From Minisyncoccota bacterium (GTDB lineage Bacteria; Patescibacteriota; Minisyncoccia; Phycocordibacterales; PALSA-1337), in assembly GCA_041671485.1 (NCBI GenBank), contig JBAZBL010000001.1, positions 23,037-87,036 on the forward strand: 64,000 nt of DNA. Direction: 5' to 3'. The translations under genes and the position numbers were made by a program. Position 1 is the first letter of the stretch. Every line of letters begins with the position of its first letter. The notes beneath the pieces were generated by a model. That model made no database searches, was not told the DNA's origin, and worked only from the letters and a program-made list of their open reading frames with translations. This document shows positions 1-7,933 of this stretch, in pieces.

Positions 1-113
1 TTTTTATTTCAATAAACTACACATATGCGAAAGACGAAAATAATTTTTATACAGATAATAATTCATCAAAATTTCTTGCGGCCACTAGTGGCTTATGGGG
101 TACAATAAAAGGC

Positions 114-3065
114 TTGTTTAGTTCAACTCCACAAGTATTGTCAGTACGACAAGCAGGGCGAATGGTATTGTATGGTACTAATTTCACTTCGGGAGATAAT
201 GCAGTAAAATTTATAAGTAATGATACAGGGAAAGAATATGAAGTTCTAGAGATACCAAGTAGTGATGGCGTCTCTATAGCATTCAATGTTCCTGTTGATG
301 TTATTCCTGGCACATATACAGTCAAAGCTGGCGCATTCAATAGTGATTGGTCAAATACTCTAACTTTCAATGTTTTGGGAGCTCAAGCGCCAACTCTCTC
401 ATTTACCGCTACTCCATCGGCAGTATTACTTGGTCAGTCTTCAACAATAAGTTGGATATCTTCTGGCGCCTCGTCATGCGCTGGTGAAAGCGAATTGGAT
501 AAATTGCCAACTGAATGGAAAAGTCCAGGACTAACTGGCTCTTTCTCTTTCACTCCTTCTGAAAATGCTTCATTTACACTCACTTGTACCGGACCGGGTG
601 GTAATGTAACAAAGACAGTTAGTATATCAGTCGGGAACTTCGCTGGTCCGATCGTCTCATTAAATGCCACTTCAAAAAATATAACAGAAGGTCAAGGCAC
701 AACTCTTTCATGGAGTACTGCTAGGGTTTCAAGTTGTTATGGTTCAGGAACAGGAGACAGCGCCACACTTTCAAAATGGAATAAAACACAGCCAATCACT
801 GGATCTCTCTATATTACACCTAGTCAAAATTCATCTCTTTCTCTTGTGTGCGCAGGAAATGGTAGTTCAGCAACAGCAACATCAACGATTACCATAAATG
901 TTGTTCAACCACCGCCTGTACCAGAAATCACTGCTTCTTGCACCAGAGTTCCAAATAGTCCAACCAGTACATATGATACAGCAATTAAATATACGGCAAA
1001 TCCGTCTGGTGGAAATGGTACTTATACATATCTTTGGAACGGAACAGATGGTTTATCTGGAAATAGTCAATCAGTTACTTTTAATTATTATAATCCTCTT
1101 GGCCAAAGAACAACGACCAAAACAGCCAATGTAAAAATTTCATCGGGTGACAAAAATATCACTATTCAATGTCCATCAATCATAATTAATGATTCACTTG
1201 GTCGAGCAACTGGTTCTATTCCGCCATACATTGCTAGTATTAGTCCTTCCTCCGGACCAACTGGTACAGTTATTACATTATCAACAGGACCGATAAGTGG
1301 CGCGAGTGGATCATTTGATATAAAACAACATTCTGTTTTCATTAGAAATGGTAATAATACAATATATGCTCAACCTTCTTTGACTAATACTGGATACTGT
1401 ACACCGGGAATAATTGCCACACAATGTAGCACTTTAACATTTACATTACCTCAAATATTATCTGCAATAAACGGTACAGTTTATAGTGTTGGCGTATTTA
1501 CACATGGTGGTGGGTCTTCTTTCGAGAGTAATGCTATCAATTTTACTCTTGGATCTATTCCAACACCAATACCAAACATTACTTCTATTACACCAAATAG
1601 TGGAAATATAAATACAAGTGTAATATTAAAAGGAAGCAATTTTTCTGCCGACACTACAGTCCAAATATCACAAGCGAGTGAGACATATTCAATTAGACCA
1701 ACATATGCTCCAGCTTCATATCCAAACCCTGCCACTCTCACATTCAATTTTTTTCCTACTTCTGGTAAAAGTGGTCCATATGCTGTAAAAGCAAATAATA
1801 AAGGTGTTTTTGGTAATGCAGTATTATTTCAAATGACAGCAAGTACACCAACGCTTCAATTGTCTGCAATACCATCTACTATCAATATAGGATCTGGGCA
1901 ACAGATAGTGGTCAATTGGTCGGCAACAAATGTTTCTTCATGCAAAGGCGATACCAGTAATTTCAATCCTTCACCTATATGGAGAAATCCGGGAAGTTCT
2001 GGATCATTCTCATTTTCTCCTTCCGATTCTACTGTATTGACACTAACATGTGTTGGAGATGGTGGCAGTGTAACAAAGAATGTATCCATAAATGTTATTC
2101 CATTGGCTACAGCTCCGAGTATCGATCCTTTTACTTCATCTTTGTATCCGGGGACTATAACGATAAGAGGTAGAGAATTTGATACAACTGGTCCAAATAG
2201 TGTTAGGTTTGTAAAGATATCAGGATCAGATTTCGAGAGATGGTCCGATGTTACTACTAACAATGCCAATTATCTCTCTGTAACATTCAGTGATCTTCGT
2301 CCCGGCACATATCAAGTGACAGTATCGAACAAAAATGGTATTAGTGCTTCTGCAACTCTTGTAATTGAGGCTACCCCAGAACAAGTTATTACACCGCCAG
2401 TTGTTATACCGACAATACCAGTACCATCACTTTATCTAAGATTATCTCAATTGATAGTCACGTCTACAAGTCAACCAATAACGGTATCGTGGTCTTCTGT
2501 AAATGCAACATCATGTATATTTTCAACTGATAATAAAGGAGATTACTGGTCAGGAATAGTTGGTCAAGTTGAAACCTCTGGTAGTCTAACTGGAACTTCT
2601 GACTCCAATACCTCTTTTACTGTTTCGTGTACAGGTGCTGGAGGTTCTACTACAAGAACTGGTTCTGTCGAAGTTAGGATAACAGATCCAGCTACACCTC
2701 CTACAGTCACACTTACCGCCGACCCTCTTATTGTTCCGCCTAGTGAGAAAGATGGCGAACCTGTGACTATAACTTGGTCATCAACAAATGCGTCGGCCTG
2801 TACACTCAATGCAATAGGTGGAGAAAAAAGCAGCGATGGATGGGGAGGCTATCTTGGTCCAATTGATTTATCAGGTAGTTTTACAGGAAATACGGCATTT
2901 GATACAGCATTTACGGTTACTTGTACTGGAGCTGGTGGTACAGCTTCAAAAACGGTTAGTGTAACTGTTGGTACAGGATCAATGCTACAAAGATTGAATA
3001 TGGCTCAAATACTTCAATCATTAGAATGGAATCCGTTTATATTTATCAGGAATATATTCAAATAA
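114..3065 (+). CDS. Large secreted/cell-surface protein built from tandem Ig-like (IPT/TIG-like) modules and five ~65-aa Cys-containing repeat modules; probably 5'-partial (no in-frame stop back to window start)
   Basis: 983-aa ORF, Ser/Thr/Gly/Asn-rich. Five repeats of a W(S/I)S..(S/A)SC...FT(L/V)(T/S)C.G.GG...K.VS(I/V)-type module. Three or four 'I.SI.P..G..GT.I.L.G..F'-type IPT-like modules. The frame stays open upstream to position 3, so the start is likely outside the window. Confidence 0.6.
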   Translation: MFSSTPQVLSVRQAGRMVLYGTNFTSGDNAVKFISNDTGKEYEVLEIPSSDGVSIAFNVPVDVIPGTYTVKAGAFNSDWSNTLTFNVLGAQAPTLSFTATPSAVLLGQSSTISWISSGASSCAGESELDKLPTEWKSPGLTGSFSFTPSENASFTLTCTGPGGNVTKTVSISVGNFAGPIVSLNATSKNITEGQGTTLSWSTARVSSCYGSGTGDSATLSKWNKTQPITGSLYITPSQNSSLSLVCAGNGSSATATSTITINVVQPPPVPEITASCTRVPNSPTSTYDTAIKYTANPSGGNGTYTYLWNGTDGLSGNSQSVTFNYYNPLGQRTTTKTANVKISSGDKNITIQCPSIIINDSLGRATGSIPPYIASISPSSGPTGTVITLSTGPISGASGSFDIKQHSVFIRNGNNTIYAQPSLTNTGYCTPGIIATQCSTLTFTLPQILSAINGTVYSVGVFTHGGGSSFESNAINFTLGSIPTPIPNITSITPNSGNINTSVILKGSNFSADTTVQISQASETYSIRPTYAPASYPNPATLTFNFFPTSGKSGPYAVKANNKGVFGNAVLFQMTASTPTLQLSAIPSTINIGSGQQIVVNWSATNVSSCKGDTSNFNPSPIWRNPGSSGSFSFSPSDSTVLTLTCVGDGGSVTKNVSINVIPLATAPSIDPFTSSLYPGTITIRGREFDTTGPNSVRFVKISGSDFERWSDVTTNNANYLSVTFSDLRPGTYQVTVSNKNGISASATLVIEATPEQVITPPVVIPTIPVPSLYLRLSQLIVTSTSQPITVSWSSVNATSCIFSTDNKGDYWSGIVGQVETSGSLTGTSDSNTSFTVSCTGAGGSTTRTGSVEVRITDPATPPTVTLTADPLIVPPSEKDGEPVTITWSSTNASACTLNAIGGEKSSDGWGGYLGPIDLSGSFTGNTAFDTAFTVTCTGAGGTASKTVSVTVGTGSMLQRLNMAQILQSLEWNPFIFIRNIFK

Positions 3066-3073
3066 CATCGAGC

Positions 3074-3103
3074 TTGACTCATATAACATATATCTGCTAA
3101 TAT
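3074..3103 (+). promoter_or_regulatory. Putative sigma70-type promoter (TTGACT - 18 nt - TAATAT) upstream of infA operon
   Basis: TTGACT at 3074-3079 and TAATAT at 3098-3103, about 20 nt upstream of the infA start codon. Confidence 0.4.
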
Positions 3104-3121
3104 ACACAAACGCGCAAAGCG

Positions 3122-3343
3122 ATGAATAAAGCGCCCAATCCAAAAGAAATAGTTACCGGCATAATCACGGAAGCATTGCCGGATACTTTGTTTCGAGTAG
3201 AACTCGGAACATCGAAAGAGATAATTCTTGCATATTTAGCAGGAAAGATGAGGATGCATCGTATTCGAGTCTTGGTTGGGGATAAAGTCGAACTTGAGTT
3301 AGATAAGTATGGTGGTAAAGCTCGTATTACAAAAAGAATATAA
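3122..3343 (+). CDS. infA: Translation initiation factor IF-1
   Basis: 73 aa. S1-like fold signature 'LPDTLFRVELGTSKEIILAYLAGKMRMHRIRVLVGDKVELE' matches IF-1. Confidence 0.9.
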   Translation: MNKAPNPKEIVTGIITEALPDTLFRVELGTSKEIILAYLAGKMRMHRIRVLVGDKVELELDKYGGKARITKRI

Positions 3344-3370
3344 GTTAGCAAACAGAAATTTCAATAAAGT

Positions 3371-3487
3371 ATGAAGGTAAAAGCCTCGGTCAAGAAAATA
3401 TGTTCTAAATGCAAAGTCGTCCGCCGTAACGGATATGTTTGTGTAACTTGCAAGGCAAATCCTAGACATAAACAGAGACAAGGATAA
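3371..3487 (+). CDS. rpmJ: 50S ribosomal protein L36 (not in ORF track, 38 aa)
   Basis: Manual translation gives [38 protein letters not shown]. This is the classic L36 C-x2-C...C zinc-ribbon, located between infA and rpsM as in most bacteria. Confidence 0.9.
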   Translation: MKVKASVKKICSKCKVVRRNGYVCVTCKANPRHKQRQG

Positions 3488-3495
3488 TAAAATAT

Positions 3496-3876
3496 ATGAG
3501 AATATCAGGTATAACACTTCCAGAAAATAAAAGAATAGAAATTGCTCTCACGGCAATATATGGTATAGGTCGTTCTAGAGCAAAGCATATACTTTTGCTT
3601 ACAAAGATTGATGCTGGTATGAAACCAGGTCAAATATCGGTTGAGCAAGAAAACTCTATCAAAAAGCTCATAGAAAAATTCAAAATTGAAGGTGATCTAA
3701 AGCGTGAAATCGGAGGTAATATCAAAAGACTAAAAGACATCAAATCATATCGAGGACTTCGTCATGCTAGACATTTACCAGTGAGAGGACAGAGAACAAA
3801 GACCAATTCTAGGACAGTGAGGGGCAATGTGAGAAAGACTATGGGTTCAGGGAAGAGAAAAGAAGAAAAGACATAA
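3496..3876 (+). CDS. rpsM: 30S ribosomal protein S13
   Basis: 126 aa. 'RISGITLPENKRIEIALTAIYGIGRSRA' and 'YRGLRHARHLPVRGQRTKTNSRT' are S13 hallmarks. Confidence 0.93.
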   Translation: MRISGITLPENKRIEIALTAIYGIGRSRAKHILLLTKIDAGMKPGQISVEQENSIKKLIEKFKIEGDLKREIGGNIKRLKDIKSYRGLRHARHLPVRGQRTKTNSRTVRGNVRKTMGSGKRKEEKT

Positions 3877-3890
3877 AATAATATATTCAA

Positions 3891-4322
3891 ATGGGTAAAA
3901 AAAGGATTGTAACAACAGGAAATAATGAAAGTGATGGAGGCAAGTCAAAGACTACTTCATCTTCTTCGAAGAAAAAAACCGAATACGGTATTTTGCATGT
4001 ACAATCAACTTATAATAATACAAAAGTGCTTTTGACAGACAAAAGTGGTAATGCACTTATGTGGGGATCGAGCGGAGCATCTGGTTTTCGTGGAGCAAAG
4101 AAGGGTACTCCTTTTGCTGCAGCCAAAGTAGGAGAGACCCTGGGTGCTAAAGCAGTGGATATAGGACTAAAAGAGATTGACGTTATAGTCAAAGGTGTTG
4201 GTTCTGGACGAGAGTCTGCAATAAGGGGGTTTATAGGTAAAGGATTTAATATCAATTCCATAAAAGATGAGACACCTGTACCATTCAATGGACCAAAGCC
4301 AAAGAAGCCAAGACGAGTATAA
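3891..4322 (+). CDS. rpsK: 30S ribosomal protein S11
   Basis: 143 aa. 'GILHVQSTYNNTKVLLTDKSGNALMWGSSGASGFRGAKKGTPFAA' matches S11. Confidence 0.93.
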   Translation: MGKKRIVTTGNNESDGGKSKTTSSSSKKKTEYGILHVQSTYNNTKVLLTDKSGNALMWGSSGASGFRGAKKGTPFAAAKVGETLGAKAVDIGLKEIDVIVKGVGSGRESAIRGFIGKGFNINSIKDETPVPFNGPKPKKPRRV

Positions 4323-4328
4323 AATACC

Positions 4329-4934
4329 ATGCAAATAGGACCAAGATACAAAAAAGCAAGATACCTAGGAGCGCCAGTCTTCCGAAAGACGCAAACGCAA
4401 AAGTTTGCTATGCGATCGCAAAAGAAAACAAAGGTTAGGAGAGGACGTGGTGGCAAAAGCGAATACGGTCAACAATTGTTAGAAAAACAAAAAGCAAGAT
4501 ACAGCTATGGTGTTTCTAGTGGTCAATTCACAAATTATGTAAAGAAAGCTCTCAAGTCAACAGGTGACAATTCTCGCAATCTTCTGAAACTATTGGAAGG
4601 ACGATTAGATAATATAGTATTGCGTGCCAACTTTGCCCTAAGCAGGTTTGCAGCGAGACAAATGGTCTCTCACGGCCATATTATGGTTAATGATAAAATA
4701 GTTACGATCCCTTCATACGAAGTCAAGATTGGTGACAAGATATCTATTCGCGAAGGTAGTAAAAAGAAGGGAATATTCACAGATCTGGATCAAAATCTCA
4801 TCAATTTGCAAACACCAGAGTGGATAAAGGTCGATACAAAGAAGAGAGAAATAGCAATAGCAAGTGAACCATCTGTAGATATGAGTGAATTGCTATTTGA
4901 CGTTCGGTCAGTACTAGAATTCTATACACGCTAG
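4329..4934 (+). CDS. rpsD: 30S ribosomal protein S4
   Basis: 201 aa. N-terminal 'RYKKARYLG' and the S4 RNA-binding domain 'RLDNIVLRANFALSRFAARQMVSHGHIMVND' are present. Confidence 0.93.
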   Translation: MQIGPRYKKARYLGAPVFRKTQTQKFAMRSQKKTKVRRGRGGKSEYGQQLLEKQKARYSYGVSSGQFTNYVKKALKSTGDNSRNLLKLLEGRLDNIVLRANFALSRFAARQMVSHGHIMVNDKIVTIPSYEVKIGDKISIREGSKKKGIFTDLDQNLINLQTPEWIKVDTKKREIAIASEPSVDMSELLFDVRSVLEFYTR

Positions 4935-5011
4935 ACTAAGTCAATTTTTAGTGTATAATTATATGTCCATTTGCATTTTTAATAAAAATCTTAATTTTAA
5001 TAAAATATAAT

Positions 5012-5992
5012 ATGAAATACGACCTTATTTTGCCATCAAAACCAAAAGTAGTTAAAGAAGACGGTATTGTTGGAATCTATGAGATAGATGGCCTATCTCC
5101 TGGATATGGCCATACTCTCGGCAATTCTTTGAGACGGATTATCCTATCATCTCTTCCTGGAGCTGCTATAACCAAAGTCAAAATAAAGGGTGTAGATCAT
5201 GAATTTTCTGTGATAAATGGTGTTAAAGAAGATGTTATAACGATTCTCCTAAATATAAAGAAACTCCGTGTTCGCATAGATACTGATGAACCTCAAAATT
5301 TGCGTATAAAGGTGAAGGGCATTTCATCTATTGATGCCAAGGATATTGAAGCACCTGGCCAAGTAGAGATCCTAAATAAAGACCAGAATATTGCTACTCT
5401 AACAGAAAAGTCTTCTGAACTCGATATAGAGATGACAGCAGAGAAGGGTCTCGGATATGTGCAAAAAGAAATCTTACAGAAAGAGCGAGTTGATATAGGT
5501 TCAATAACACTTGATGCTGCATTCACGCCTATCCGAAAAGCAAATTATGAAGTTGAAAATATGCGTGTTGGTGATAGAACAGACTACAATCGTCTAAGGG
5601 TTATGATAGAAACTGATGGATCGATAACTCCAAGGGAGGCACTGGAAAGGTCTATAGAAATAATGATCAATCAATTGAAGTCAATAATTGGTTTCAGAGA
5701 GGGGGATGAAAAAACAGGAGAAACAGAAAGTGAAAAAGAATTGGCAAAAAGCAAACGTGAATCCAACAAAGCAAAGAATGAGCTTGGGGCGGATCTCTTG
5801 AAGACAAGGATTGACTCTATGGATCTATCATCTAGAACGACAAAAGCATTGGCTGGAGCAAATATACATACTCTAGGAGGCCTTTCGAGGAAGAAGGAGG
5901 CTGACATTATGGATGTCGATGGTTTGGGTGCAAAAGGAATGCAGGAAATCAAAAAACTTTTAGCTCAATATAGTATTACATTGAGACAATAA
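5012..5992 (+). CDS. rpoA: DNA-directed RNA polymerase subunit alpha
   Basis: 326 aa. The NTD '[21 protein letters not shown]'-type motif appears here as '[25 protein letters not shown]'. The CTD carries an HhH ('[15 protein letters not shown]'). The gene follows rpsD as in the alpha operon. Confidence 0.93.
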   Translation: [326 protein letters not shown]

Positions 5993-5996
5993 TAAA

Positions 5997-6347
5997 ATGA
6001 GACATCATAGTAATACAAGGAAATTTGGTAGAGAGAAGAATCAACGCGCGGCTTTATTGCGTTCTCTAGCACGCAACTTGATACGAGATGGACGTATAAA
6101 AACAACATTAGCAAAAGCAAAAGAATTGAGACCGATGGTAGAAAAGATGGTAACAAAGGCAAAGGTTGTTACTGTCGCTTCTAGGAGACTCATATCTTCT
6201 AGATTGAGAGGAGTAGAAGAGACAAAGAAACTTTTTAGCGAATTGGGACCAAAATATATTTCGAGAAAAGGTGGTTATACGAGGATTATCCGTATGCCAA
6301 ATAGAGATAAAGACAATAGCTCTATGGCACTTATCGAATTTGTCTAA
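5997..6347 (+). CDS. rplQ: 50S ribosomal protein L17
   Basis: 116 aa. 'MRHHSNTRKFGREKNQRAALLRSLARNLI' is the L17 N-terminus. Confidence 0.93.
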   Translation: MRHHSNTRKFGREKNQRAALLRSLARNLIRDGRIKTTLAKAKELRPMVEKMVTKAKVVTVASRRLISSRLRGVEETKKLFSELGPKYISRKGGYTRIIRMPNRDKDNSSMALIEFV

Positions 6348-6348
6348 T

Positions 6349-6693
6349 ATGAAATATACAATAGATGCAAATGGGAAAAAGATAGGCAGAGTTGCAAGTG
6401 AAGCAGCTTCAATTTTGATGGGGAAAAACTCTGTAGAATTTGCAAAAAATAAAGTTCCCGATTGTACAGTAGAGATTATCAATGCTTCAAAGGCAGATAT
6501 CAATACAAAGAAAAAGACTGATGATGTCTATATAACATATACGGGTTTTCGAGGAGGTTTGAAAGAACAAACTCTTGGAGAATTGATAGTTAGGAGAGGT
6601 ATGGATGAAGTATTCCGAAGAGCAGTAGAAAATATGTTACCAAAGAATAAGCTTCAAAAGCTGATGATTAAAAATCTATTTGTAAAAGAATAG
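6349..6693 (+). CDS. rplM: 50S ribosomal protein L13 (start placed at internal ATG right after rplQ stop; ORF track start 6271 overlaps rplQ)
   Basis: 'MKYTIDANGKKIGRVASEAASILMGK...GFRGGLKEQTLGELI' is L13-like. The ATG at 6349 directly follows the rplQ TAA. Confidence 0.85.
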   Translation: MKYTIDANGKKIGRVASEAASILMGKNSVEFAKNKVPDCTVEIINASKADINTKKKTDDVYITYTGFRGGLKEQTLGELIVRRGMDEVFRRAVENMLPKNKLQKLMIKNLFVKE

Positions 6694-6703
6694 TATCAAT
6701 AAA

Positions 6704-7114
6704 ATGTCTACAAAGGTAATAGATAATAAATATTATGAGGCAGTAGGACGCAGGAAGACTGCTATTGCAAGAGTACGTCTCTTCTTGAATTCCGCAAATT
6801 CTTTTGTAATAAATGATAAGACTCTAGAAACATATTTTCCAGTTCGTGAAATGCGAATGATTGCAAGTGAAGCATTAAAAAACTCCAAAGTATCTGAAAA
6901 ATTCAAAGTGAGTGTAAAAGTCTATGGAGGAGGTCTTGCTTCTCAAGCAGAGGCTATGAGACATGGTATTGCAAGAGCTCTCATCAAATACGATATTCTT
7001 TTGCGTGGACAAGTAAAGAAACTTGGTTATTTGAAGCGTGATCCTAGAGCCAAAGAACGTAGAAAGTTCGGTCTAAAGAAGGCCCGAAAGTCAGCTCAAT
7101 GGTCAAAGCGTTAG
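6704..7114 (+). CDS. rpsI: 30S ribosomal protein S9
   Basis: 136 aa. 'YYEAVGRRKTAIARVRL' and the C-terminal 'RDPRAKERRKFGLKKARKSAQWSKR' are S9 signatures. Confidence 0.93.
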   Translation: MSTKVIDNKYYEAVGRRKTAIARVRLFLNSANSFVINDKTLETYFPVREMRMIASEALKNSKVSEKFKVSVKVYGGGLASQAEAMRHGIARALIKYDILLRGQVKKLGYLKRDPRAKERRKFGLKKARKSAQWSKR

Positions 7115-7136
7115 AATATTTGTTATACTAGGTTTC

Positions 7137-7700
7137 ATGGAAAATGACTCTATAAATATAGTATCAGATGATAGTTTGGACGATTCGGTCGTAGCAGAAG
7201 AACATACAGGAGAAATGATAAAGAAGCTTCGCGAGAAGCTGAAGATCTGTGAAAAAGAAAAACTTGAATATCTAACAGGTTGGCAACGAGCCAAGGCCGA
7301 TCTTATTAATGCTAGAAAAAGAGATGATGATGATCGTAAAGAATTTATCAGATTTGCAAATGAAGGACTTTTGAATGATATACTGCCTGTTCTAGAGAGT
7401 TGGGACTCTGCAATGAATCACAAAGAATCTTGGGAAAAGGGAGATCCGAGCTGGAGGCAGGGGATGGAGTCTATCATAAATCAATTGAAGGGAGTTCTTT
7501 CTAATAATGGTCTAGCAGAGATAAACCCACTAGGAGAGAAGTTTGACCATTCCAAACATGAATCTGTATCACATAAAATAGTTGATGATGCCAAACTCGA
7601 CCAAATGATTCTTGATGTTGTACAAAAAGGTTATTCTCTGGGTGATAAAATATTGAAGCCTGCAAAGGTGGTAGTAGCTGAATACCGGGCTGTAGTATAG
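7137..7700 (+). CDS. grpE: Nucleotide exchange factor GrpE (3' end overlaps tRNA-Pro by ~15 nt)
   Basis: 187 aa. 'WQRAKADLINARKR' (the GrpE 'AEFENYRKR'-like motif), 'LPVLESWDSAM' and the C-terminal 'PAKVVVAE' are present. The stop TAG at 7698-7700 lies inside the predicted tRNA. Confidence 0.8.
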   Translation: MENDSINIVSDDSLDDSVVAEEHTGEMIKKLREKLKICEKEKLEYLTGWQRAKADLINARKRDDDDRKEFIRFANEGLLNDILPVLESWDSAMNHKESWEKGDPSWRQGMESIINQLKGVLSNNGLAEINPLGEKFDHSKHESVSHKIVDDAKLDQMILDVVQKGYSLGDKILKPAKVVVAEYRAVV

Positions 7701-7756
7701 CGGTAGTATACACCCATGGGGTGGGTGTAGTCCGGGTTCGACTCCCGGCAGCCCGA
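7686..7756 (+). tRNA. tRNA-Pro (anticodon GGG), atypical D/anticodon junction (71 nt, no encoded CCA)
   Basis: Perfect 7-bp acceptor CGGGCTG/CAGCCCG with discriminator A. D arm GTAT/ATAC with loop AGCGGTAGT. T arm CCGGG-TTCGACT-CCCGG. Anticodon hairpin CACCC-[ATGGGGT]-GGGTG gives U33-GGG-G37. The stretch between the D stem and the T stem is 2-3 nt shorter than canonical, so the fold is non-standard. Confidence 0.55.
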
Positions 7757-7773
7757 AGGGATGAAACAAGTCG
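7739..7773 (+). repeat. 35-bp direct repeat copy 1 (tRNA-Pro T-loop/3' end plus 17 nt of 3' flank)
   Basis: CGACTCCCGGCAGCCCGAAGGGATGAAACAAGTCG, identical to 7874-7908. Confidence 0.9.
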
Positions 7774-7873
7774 CTAATGCGACTTGTTTAGGGAGGCGAA
7801 AGGGTTTTCGATGTTTGCGAGGACGAGCTTGTCGAGTCCAAGCAAACCGAAAACCACCTGGCGACGTAGTCGC

Positions 7874-7908
7874 CGACTCCCGGCAGCCCGAAGGGATGAA
7901 ACAAGTCG
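7874..7908 (+). repeat. 35-bp direct repeat copy 2 (displaced partial tRNA-Pro 3' end); a third degenerate fragment GTAGTCCGAC at ~7925-7935
   Basis: Exact 35/35 match to 7739-7773. It is preceded by GTAGTC...GCC, which mimics the tRNA variable-loop/T-stem region with a deletion. Confidence 0.9.
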
Positions 7909-7933
7909 TTTTAACGACTTCCTGGTAGTCCGA

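Noticed and set aside
6271-6348. ORF-track upstream extension of rplM (start 6271) and of ychF (16235), mnmA (26672), clpB (28054), rplU (46659), rpmG (34035)
   Set aside because: The extensions overlap the preceding gene or encode implausible leaders. Internal ATG starts give canonical N-termini matching the respective families.
7686-7756. Group I intron or tRNA intron as explanation for the odd tRNA-Pro geometry
   Set aside because: The gene is shorter than canonical, not longer. There is no insertion in the anticodon loop.
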